Below, piece by piece: positions 17,918-24,689 of a DNA stretch of 56,672 nt. Each line of letters starts with the position of its first letter. The first letter of the stretch is position 1. The notes under the pieces were generated by a model that did no database searches, had not been told where the DNA came from, and saw only the letters and a list, made by a program, of their open reading frames with translations. The DNA is taken from IMG/VR virus record IMGVR_UViG_3300027747_000649, positions 1 through 56,672 of that record. The stretch is one strand, 5' to 3'. Both the position numbers and the translations under genes were made by a program. Source of the DNA: a virus. Lineage: Duplodnaviria > Caudoviricetes.

Positions 17918-18048
17918 ACACTGAAGACGATGAATTTGAGCGCATCGAGCGTGAGATGCAGTGGCGGCAGATACCGGATGATCTGCCCAAGGCCATACCA
18001 TTCATTACCGAAGAAGAACTGCAACAACTTTTAAAGGACGAGACATGA
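17914..18048 (+). CDS. Small acidic hypothetical protein
   Basis: MNTEDDEFERIERE..., ATGA-coupled with AAGGAG RBS. Confidence 0.6.
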   Translation: MNTEDDEFERIEREMQWRQIPDDLPKAIPFITEEELQQLLKDET

Positions 18049-18326
18049 ACCCCGAACAAATACAACAGTTTCACATCAAAGAAAGCCACATGGCCGAAGG
18101 CATTAGTGCCGACTACGTGTGGTACGAAGCATCAATGATCCGCAACGCAATGGAGGCCAGCCTGCACCGCTTTGACAAGGTGGTCAGCGTCATGGAGGCA
18201 CGGCACAAAGAGCACATCAAAATGCTGCAAGATGTCATGGCAGAGAACCGTGCCCTTAAAGCTCGAATCAAAGATGACACCATTTCAATCGTTGCAAATG
18301 TAGGAACAAAAAATGATCCGAAGTAG
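18045..18326 (+). CDS. Hypothetical protein
   Basis: 93 aa, coupled within the operon. Confidence 0.65.
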   Translation: MNPEQIQQFHIKESHMAEGISADYVWYEASMIRNAMEASLHRFDKVVSVMEARHKEHIKMLQDVMAENRALKARIKDDTISIVANVGTKNDPK

Positions 18327-18594
18327 GCATCAATTGATCCGAGACATTTTGCTGGCCTCGGAGGACGGCTTGACCGTTAAGCAGATTGCAGAGGTTCTGG
18401 GTGATGACAACTACAGATCAGTGGCAAAGACGATAAAGCTGATCCACGGCGTGTACATTGACCGATGGATGGTCCCCAAGCGCGGCCAGTACGCGGCAGT
18501 GTATGACTGCGTAGAGGTTCCAGAAGATGCGCCGCACCCGACAGAGAGATACCTTCCACAAACCAAATGGCAACCAACGGAGCAAAGAGCATGA
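18313..18594 (+). CDS. Putative winged-helix DNA-binding protein
   Basis: IRDILLASEDGLTVKQIAEVL...VYIDRW. Confidence 0.6.
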   Translation: MIRSRHQLIRDILLASEDGLTVKQIAEVLGDDNYRSVAKTIKLIHGVYIDRWMVPKRGQYAAVYDCVEVPEDAPHPTERYLPQTKWQPTEQRA

Positions 18595-18917
18595 AACCAA
18601 TTGAATTGACAGTAGAAGAACTCCCGCACAGCGGCGATGTAGACCAGAACGGAGAGTTTCTTTTCCACTTGTACACATCCAACATGTGTGATGGGGAATT
18701 GGAAGAGGCTATGCCTGTGCTGATGAAATTATGGGAAGAAAATTTTGAAGTGAACTTGACCGTCACCATGAAAACAAGAGACCTCTTCAATCAATTGTTT
18801 GACATGTACAACGTGGGCGGCAAGATGGACTCAGAAGATGCCCCCCGTTTTCAAGCTCTGCGCAACGATTGCCAGTGGATCATTGACCAAATTGACAAAA
18901 TGAAAAAATTAACATGA
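18591..18917 (+). CDS. Hypothetical protein
   Basis: ATGA-coupled start at MKPIEL; acidic. Confidence 0.65.
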   Translation: MKPIELTVEELPHSGDVDQNGEFLFHLYTSNMCDGELEEAMPVLMKLWEENFEVNLTVTMKTRDLFNQLFDMYNVGGKMDSEDAPRFQALRNDCQWIIDQIDKMKKLT

Positions 18918-19102
18918 TCGACGTATACGCAACCGAAGTGCAGGCCGTGGATGAGGATAACAACTTGCTGTTCACTTTAAAAATGGTGGACGAGTACTGC
19001 TGCACAATGGAACTCTCCAAGCCTTTGTTGTTGAGTAAAGGCAACTTGGAAGAGGTGCTGGGCGCCGTAAGACAAGCTGTGAAGATGCTGAGGCTGGAGT
19101 GA
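18914..19102 (+). CDS. Hypothetical protein
   Basis: 62 aa, coupled. Confidence 0.65.
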   Translation: MIDVYATEVQAVDEDNNLLFTLKMVDEYCCTMELSKPLLLSKGNLEEVLGAVRQAVKMLRLE

Positions 19103-19539
19103 CACGCCCCATTTACGAGACGCCGGACGACCTTCACAATGAGGCTGATGTCCTGCGTCTCATCTCTAACTTATGGCCTTCTAAATTCCACAAGCTGCCC
19201 ATTCGCTATCACCTTGATTACGCAGCCACCAAGGAAAACGGAGCAGTTGTAGCGTACTTGGAAATCAAAGTGCGTAAACACTCAATGGACCAGATCAACA
19301 GGTGGGGAGGCTACATGCTCAGCCTTGCCAAATTACAGACCGCTGAGTCACTGTGCCGGATCAGTAAAGCCGTCTTCGTCCTTGTCGTGAAGTGCCCCGA
19401 GGGTGTGTACTGGGCAAAGATCACTGACTTTACGCAATTCCCCGTAGTGATTGCCGGCCGGACAGATCGCGGGGACTCGCAGGACGTAGAGCCTTGCGTG
19501 ATGATTCCTACGAAACTGTTTATTCCGTTAGCCAGCTAA
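19099..19539 (+). CDS. PD-(D/E)XK-fold endonuclease-like protein
   Basis: E...YHLDY...YLEIKVR catalytic-like pattern. Confidence 0.6.
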   Translation: MTRPIYETPDDLHNEADVLRLISNLWPSKFHKLPIRYHLDYAATKENGAVVAYLEIKVRKHSMDQINRWGGYMLSLAKLQTAESLCRISKAVFVLVVKCPEGVYWAKITDFTQFPVVIAGRTDRGDSQDVEPCVMIPTKLFIPLAS

Positions 19540-19950
19540 AAAAATTTCAGCGCAGCAGCCCCCAAGGGTGATAGCCACGGCTGTTCACTCACTGCCCAGA
19601 GGGCACACACAGCGCACTCCTAGCAAACCCATAAGGTAGCGATTCGTCGATAGGGCGTTTGTCTTCACCGCTTGCCGCCCAATCTTCCCCAGTCCCTCGC
19701 TAACAGGCTGGACGGCAGTTCATCTGGGGGTGTACCAGTGCCGGTGTTTACTTCCTCGCGGCCCATGCAGGCCCAGTGCTAACGTGAGGAGAACGGCTAC
19801 TGTAGGGGTGGGGGTGGATACCCATAAACGAAAAGGCCGCTTACAACTGCGTCCGGTAGGAACCTTACCTAATAAATCCACGACTCATCATTAGGTAAAG
19901 CGGAACGCATGTGTAAACGGCCTAACTCTCGTCGCTTCCTACGGCAACGG
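19540..19950 (-). ncRNA. Candidate structured non-coding RNA (~400 nt)
   Basis: No ORF of 60 aa or more; own promoter; long stems (19834-19923, 19698-19784) and a GUAGGAA/UUCCUAC loop complement. Confidence 0.55.
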
Positions 19951-19954
19951 TTCC

Positions 19955-19985
19955 ATTATAACCATACGGAATCGTTGCGTGTCAA
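19955..19985 (-). promoter_or_regulatory. Consensus-hexamer sigma70 promoter driving the candidate ncRNA
   Basis: TTGACA-19 nt-TATAAT (spacer longer than optimal). Confidence 0.6.
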
Positions 19986-19994
19986 GAAGTATTT

Positions 19995-20069
19995 TGGTTG
20001 CGGAGGCTGGATTCGCACCAGCGGTCTCTTGGTTATGAGCCAAGCGGATTCCTACTTTCCCACCCCGCG
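19995..20069 (-). tRNA. tRNA-Met(CAT), initiator-like
   Basis: CGCGGGG acceptor with C1:A72 mismatch, anticodon arm CTTGG-CTCATAA-CCAAG, T arm GCTGG-TGCGAAT-CCAGC, encoded CCA; 75 nt. Confidence 0.9.
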
Positions 20070-20075
20070 ATAAAA

Positions 20076-20354
20076 GTTGTTGGCAACCGAGAATCCCCAG
20101 TCCGACACGACCCTAATAGCTATCGCCATCTGTCTTTGCTTAACCAACACGGCTGGGGACTAATCATGGATGAACCCATATAGTCGTCAATCCCCATGCG
20201 TGTTAGTTGTTGGTGGCTCACATCAAGCAGTGTTTTTAAAACCAACTAACCGCAACGGCGCTAACCCGTTACACCACCAACACGGCTGAACCCGCTTGCA
20301 TCACCGCGCCCAAGCAAAACTTAGGGACTCCGCAAAAAGGCTCATGCGTCTTGG
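20076..20354 (-). ncRNA. Two-unit array of structured RNA cassettes with constant stems and variable inserts
   Basis: + strand repeats: CCAACACGGCTG at 20144 and 20277, GTTGTTGG at 20076 and 20206, CATGCGT at 20195 and 20343. Confidence 0.6.
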
Positions 20355-20356
20355 TA

Positions 20357-20389
20357 GAAAAAACTCCCACGTCTGAGGTGGGAGTAAAA
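20357..20389 (-). terminator. Rho-independent terminator
   Basis: ACTCCCAC-7 nt-GTGGGAGT stem followed by a T-run on the minus strand. Confidence 0.6.
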
Positions 20390-20432
20390 CTCAACCGGAG
20401 TACCATGAAACAACCGAAGTTGCAGGGCAATC

Positions 20433-20717
20433 TTACACGCAAGATTTTAACAAAGCAAGCGCATCATCCGGCCCTAACACTATGTGCAAGTTGTTTCCGG
20501 GCCACGAGTCGTGAAACTTTTTTTCGGCCGGCGACAGCTCTCGCGCAGAGGGCGGCTTCTTCCCGTCTTTCACTTCCAGCAAGAGAGTGTTGCCTCTGTA
20601 CCACACCAGTAAATCAAATGTTCCGCCGTCGTTGATCTTCTTGACGAATGCACCGCACGCCTCAAGGGCGCTCACGATCTGCGTTTCGTTGGCATCTCTG
20701 CGTGCTGCAAGTCTCAT
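20433..20717 (-). CDS. VRR-NUC/Holliday-junction-resolvase-like nuclease
   Basis: RRDANE...FDLLV...LLEVKDG...LSPAEKKFH. Confidence 0.8.
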   Translation of the reverse strand: MRLAARRDANETQIVSALEACGAFVKKINDGGTFDLLVWYRGNTLLLEVKDGKKPPSARELSPAEKKFHDSWPGNNLHIVLGPDDALALLKSCV

Positions 20718-20764
20718 AGGGTTTGTCCTAAGTAAATATTTTGCAAAACATATTGTATCGGGTG

Positions 20765-20794
20765 TTGACGAACCTGATATGTAGTAGGTACAAT
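20765..20794 (+). promoter_or_regulatory. Sigma70 promoter for the recombination operon
   Basis: TTGACG-18 nt-TACAAT upstream of an AGGAG RBS. Confidence 0.6.
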
Positions 20795-20823
20795 ACAACC
20801 TCACCTACCACACAGGAGTTACC

Positions 20824-21084
20824 ATGAAGAAAGAAAATGTTAAGTCTTCTGAAGTTCAGCATGAGCCAGAAGTTTTGGAAAGGTCAAAGGTTCTTGCCGC
20901 TCATTTGGCTGAGCTGCTCTACGCCCAAGAAGAAACCACTCAGGAAAAGATCGTTGCTGCTGGAATTGTTTTTTCATCAATGGCTGCTATGCACGGGGTG
21001 CCGCTACCTCACGCAATTAATTTATTGGTTGGCTGCTACGGGCTGGCTGATAATTTCTTTGAAACAGCGGGGCCAATGCAATGA
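20824..21084 (+). CDS. Hypothetical protein
   Basis: 86 aa, AGGAG RBS. Confidence 0.65.
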   Translation: MKKENVKSSEVQHEPEVLERSKVLAAHLAELLYAQEETTQEKIVAAGIVFSSMAAMHGVPLPHAINLLVGCYGLADNFFETAGPMQ

Positions 21085-21950
21085 AGTTGACCAACAACCT
21101 CGGCCTGCCTGACACCTTTGTCAACGCAATCTCCCGGCCCACCTACACCAAGGGTGACGCACAGATCAGCGCGACAGAGATACTCAACAGCCCGCGTATC
21201 GTGCAGCTCAAGCGAAAGCATTGGGACGATCTTGAAGAAGACGCAGCCGATATGGTCTGGTCGCTCTTTGGCTCGGCCGTCCACGAAGTCTTGCAACACG
21301 GCAAGGACGACCACCACATCGTGGAGGAGCGCATCCACACCGAGTATCTGGGCTGGAAGATCAGTGGTGCAATCGACCTGCAAGAAGTTTATGAAGACGG
21401 CGTTGTCATCAGCGACTACAAGGTCACCAGCGCATGGGCCGTGATGAACGAAAAGGCTGATTGGCACAACCAGTTAAACCTGTACGGCTGGCTTGTCGAG
21501 CGTGTCAAAAAGCAAAAGGTTAAATCTTTGCAGATCATCGCCATCGTTCGAGACTGGTCACGCCGCGATGCGGCCACACGCGAGGGCTATCCCAAAGCGC
21601 CAGTGACTGTGATCGAGCTGCCATTGTGGTCATACGCTGACCGTGAAACGTATATCGCTAAACGTTTAACGCTGCACAACGATGCGTTCTTTGCCGTACA
21701 CACAGGGCACGGCATGCCTGAGTGCTCAGCCGAAGAGATGTGGGAGAAGCCCACCATGTACGCAGTGATGAAGGAAGGCGGCAAGCGCGCCAAGAGCGTT
21801 CACATTAACAAGGCAGAGGCTGAAGTGGCCATGCCTTCAACAGGGTACTTTATCGAGGTACGTGAGGGTGACAGGACTCGTTGCTCTGGCTTTTGTCAGG
21901 TCAACAAGCAATGTGACCAATATCAAAAATATCTTTTAACCAAGGAGTAA
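21081..21950 (+). CDS. PD-(D/E)XK (RecB/Cas4-like) exonuclease
   Basis: ISAT...GSAVHEVL, ISGAIDL, ISDYKVT, QLNLY, C-terminal RC..FC....C; adjacent to ERF and SSB. Confidence 0.85.
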   Translation: MKLTNNLGLPDTFVNAISRPTYTKGDAQISATEILNSPRIVQLKRKHWDDLEEDAADMVWSLFGSAVHEVLQHGKDDHHIVEERIHTEYLGWKISGAIDLQEVYEDGVVISDYKVTSAWAVMNEKADWHNQLNLYGWLVERVKKQKVKSLQIIAIVRDWSRRDAATREGYPKAPVTVIELPLWSYADRETYIAKRLTLHNDAFFAVHTGHGMPECSAEEMWEKPTMYAVMKEGGKRAKSVHINKAEAEVAMPSTGYFIEVREGDRTRCSGFCQVNKQCDQYQKYLLTKE

Positions 21951-21952
21951 TC

Positions 21953-22186
21953 ATGTTCATATCAAACAAAGACAAAGAAAGTATTAACTTTTCAATAACA
22001 GATTTATACAGCCGCGTGGACAAGTTGAGCCGAAGCCTCAATGCCGTGCTGGATAAACTGACCAGCCCAGAAGTCAACTTGGAAAAACTCACCAAAGCCA
22101 AACGAGAAAAACGTAATGCGTATGCGAGCGCGTATTACTACAGGAAGAAGGCCGAGAAGGCAGCAGCATCACAACCCAAGGAATAA
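21953..22186 (+). CDS. Hypothetical basic protein
   Basis: 77 aa, KREKRNAYASAYYYRKK. Confidence 0.65.
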   Translation: MFISNKDKESINFSITDLYSRVDKLSRSLNAVLDKLTSPEVNLEKLTKAKREKRNAYASAYYYRKKAEKAAASQPKE

Positions 22187-22188
22187 TC

Positions 22189-22386
22189 ATGCGGTTTAAA
22201 GAACACGTTACCAACTTTGACATTCAGCCCATCAGCAACAGTTTGATGCATGGTCCAATTACAGAAGAGATGATTGACTTCATCCTTCAACGTAACGACG
22301 AAAAGCGTGAGGCTTCGATTGCTTACCTCGGTGAGAAGTGGTTGCTGCATCCCAATAACAAAACACAACGCAAGGAAATTCAATGA
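22189..22386 (+). CDS. Hypothetical protein
   Basis: 65 aa, YLGEKWLLHP. Confidence 0.65.
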   Translation: MRFKEHVTNFDIQPISNSLMHGPITEEMIDFILQRNDEKREASIAYLGEKWLLHPNNKTQRKEIQ

Positions 22387-23069
22387 CCGTTCACAAGAAA
22401 CTGATGCAAGCTCGCGTCGAACTTCAAGGCATTCAGCTCAAGAAGTCTGGCCACAACAAGTTTGCAGGCTATAACTACTTTGAGCTGGGCGACTTCTTGC
22501 CCACTATCCAAATCATCTTTAACAGGATTGGCTTGTGCGGGGTAGTGTCTTACACCGCAGAGATGGCAACCCTGACAGTCGTGGACACCGAAGATGGCAC
22601 GATCCTGCTCATTACTAGCCCGATGGCCGAAGCAAGCCTGAAGGGGGTTCACCCTATTCAGAATCTGGGTGCCGTGGAAACCTACCAACGCCGCTACCTT
22701 TGGATGACCGCCCTTGAGATCGTAGAGCACGACGTGCTTGATTCCCAGACTCATGAGCCAGCCAAAGCAGCGCCAAAGTTGGTTTCTTTACCCGCCAAGG
22801 CACCGGTAGCCCCAAAGCAGATCGAGGGCAAGGAAGGCCCGTGGTATCTCAAAGTGACTACAGATCCAGAGGGAAACTTTGATGACTGGACTAATCTTGT
22901 GCAAGACGTTACGCAGATTGCCTTGGATCATGCCGAAAGCGAATCTGACGTAATGGCCATCTTCCGCAATAACAAGAACATATTTGACCAAGTCAAACAA
23001 AGCGCATCAGCTTACGAATCAATCTTGGCCATGTTTACCGTAGCTAAAAATCAATTTAAAAAGGACTAA
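22383..23069 (+). CDS. erf: ERF-family single-strand annealing protein
   Basis: KKSGHNKFAGYNYFEL...QNLGAVETYQRRY signature. Confidence 0.88.
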   Translation: MTVHKKLMQARVELQGIQLKKSGHNKFAGYNYFELGDFLPTIQIIFNRIGLCGVVSYTAEMATLTVVDTEDGTILLITSPMAEASLKGVHPIQNLGAVETYQRRYLWMTALEIVEHDVLDSQTHEPAKAAPKLVSLPAKAPVAPKQIEGKEGPWYLKVTTDPEGNFDDWTNLVQDVTQIALDHAESESDVMAIFRNNKNIFDQVKQSASAYESILAMFTVAKNQFKKD

Positions 23070-23071
23070 CA

Positions 23072-23452
23072 ATGAATTCAATTACAGTAGCCGGTACGCT
23101 CGGCAAAGACTGCGAACTCAAGCAGACAGCAAACGGCAACACCATTGCCAACTTCTCTGTGGCCGACTCAATGGGCCGCGACAAAGGAACGATTTGGTGG
23201 AACTGCCAGCTCTGGGGTAAGCGCGCAGAAGCCCTGTCCTCCTATCTCGTGAAAGGTCAGGCCGTTACGGTATCTGGCACCGTTACCGAGCGCGAATGGA
23301 CGGACAAAGAAGGAGCCAAGCGCAAGGCAGTTGAAATCAATGTGAACGACGTGGCCTTGCAAGGCGGGCGCCGGGAATCATCCGAGCCTCAGCAGGAGCG
23401 CCGCAGCCCCAAGCAGCAGCAAAGTTTTGATGATGCGGATATTCCGTTCTGA
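23072..23452 (+). CDS. ssb: Single-stranded DNA-binding protein
   Basis: OB-fold motifs and an acidic DDADIPF tail. Confidence 0.95.
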   Translation: MNSITVAGTLGKDCELKQTANGNTIANFSVADSMGRDKGTIWWNCQLWGKRAEALSSYLVKGQAVTVSGTVTEREWTDKEGAKRKAVEINVNDVALQGGRRESSEPQQERRSPKQQQSFDDADIPF

Positions 23453-23454
23453 CC

Positions 23455-23880
23455 ATGACGATCCAGACGCTACAGTTTGAGGGTGTGAAAATAGCCATGA
23501 AGCAGGACAAGACTGGCTATATTCTCACTCTTAATATACACCCTGACGACGCCCCGGAAGCCTTGCTCCGCGATTTTGTCGGCGCAAGGTACCAAGTGGT
23601 TATGGTTCGTTTGAATGGAGAAGAGCGACCCATTAACAGAGATGTAGAGTACTCCCGTGATCCAGTGCGTACAGCCGGGATACTCTGCCGCGATTCAATG
23701 TTTGCCCAGTACTTAATGGATATTGGGCAGATATTTGAAATGACTGAGTCGGCCGTGGTGGCATGGCTGAAAGAAGAGCTTGAAATTCAATCTCGCTCAG
23801 AACTAAAAGAAAACTTTCAAGCTGCCAAGAAATTGCAGTTTGTTATCAAGGAGTACCATTCATGGAAACAAAGCGTCTGA
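23455..23880 (+). CDS. Hypothetical protein
   Basis: 141 aa in the recombination operon. Confidence 0.75.
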   Translation: MTIQTLQFEGVKIAMKQDKTGYILTLNIHPDDAPEALLRDFVGARYQVVMVRLNGEERPINRDVEYSRDPVRTAGILCRDSMFAQYLMDIGQIFEMTESAVVAWLKEELEIQSRSELKENFQAAKKLQFVIKEYHSWKQSV

Positions 23881-24185
23881 TCCCCTACTCTGTGCATTTG
23901 CCAGAGGAGATTTACAAGAAGCTCAAAGCTGCGGCCGGTGAGCGCAAAGCGTCAGCACTGGTGCGCGATGCCATCACCTTGATTATTGAGGGAGATGACT
24001 CGTTCAATGGCGGCTACAACAAGGCTGTGCGTGACGTCATTGAAACTTTGCACAATGACTCGTGGTGCAAGTCGCTGGGTATCGAGGGCCAGAGCATGGC
24101 TTACTACCTTAATGAACTGCTGTCGCCTATGCTTGTTCCTCAAAACACAAAGGGTAAAGCAAATGCCAAGAGCAAAAAAGCCTGA
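23862..24185 (+). CDS. Ribbon-helix-helix DNA-binding protein
   Basis: YSVHLPEEIYKKLK...SALVRDAI. Confidence 0.65.
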   Translation: METKRLIPYSVHLPEEIYKKLKAAAGERKASALVRDAITLIIEGDDSFNGGYNKAVRDVIETLHNDSWCKSLGIEGQSMAYYLNELLSPMLVPQNTKGKANAKSKKA

Positions 24186-24357
24186 AGGTATTGAAGAGCT
24201 GGTTGCCCCGATGGAGCAGCCATCCATTCAAGAGATAACCATGCTGGACTGGTACGCGGGCTTTGCTATGTTGCGAGCCTTTGGCCTGCGTGATACCGCA
24301 AAAGAAATGTTTGATATGGCCGAGGAAATGATGGCGGAAAGAAAGAAGAGGCTATGA
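24163..24357 (+). CDS. Hypothetical protein
   Basis: ITMLDWYAGFAM...AEEMMAER motif; start re-placed at MPRAKK. Confidence 0.65.
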   Translation: MPRAKKPEGIEELVAPMEQPSIQEITMLDWYAGFAMLRAFGLRDTAKEMFDMAEEMMAERKKRL

Positions 24358-24363
24358 AACATC

Positions 24364-24639
24364 ATGCAAAGCAAAAATAAGAAGGCACCCACGTCGTCAG
24401 AGCGCATCCACATTGCACGGATCAAGGGCATGGACTGTGTAGTGTGTGGCGCATCAGGGCCGAGCGAGTGTCACGAAATCAATCAGGGCCAGTGGTTTAC
24501 TTCCATGCCCCTGTGCGCTGATTGCCACCGTGGAAGCCTCAACGGAATACACGGGCAAAAGCGCATGTGGGCCGTTCAAAAGCTGGACGAGCTGTCTGCG
24601 TTAAATAAAACTCTTAACCTACTATTTGATGGCAATTGA
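24364..24639 (+). CDS. Zn-binding HNH-like protein (Ref/DUF968-like)
   Basis: CVVCG...CHEI...PLCADCH. Confidence 0.65.
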   Translation: MQSKNKKAPTSSERIHIARIKGMDCVVCGASGPSECHEINQGQWFTSMPLCADCHRGSLNGIHGQKRMWAVQKLDELSALNKTLNLLFDGN

Positions 24640-24653
24640 AAACCAAATGAATC

Positions 24654-24689
24654 GCTGCCCTTATTTATTTAAGGGCAGCTTTTTACTTT
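24654..24689. terminator. Palindrome/terminator between convergent arms (copy 3 of the CCCTTA palindrome)
   Basis: GCTGCCCTTA-TTTATT-TAAGGGCAGC followed by TTTTT. Confidence 0.65.

Noticed and set aside
19998-20183. 61-aa + strand ORF
   Set aside because: Antisense to the tRNA and RNA repeats; TTG start without RBS.
20076-20354. CRISPR or TIGR array
   Set aside because: Only two units, repeats are short and split, insert lengths are unequal, and there is no cas or Nop-domain gene in the window. Kept as a structured RNA array instead.
21081-21950. Cas4 as evidence of a CRISPR system
   Set aside because: Context (ERF, SSB) indicates an ordinary phage recombination exonuclease.
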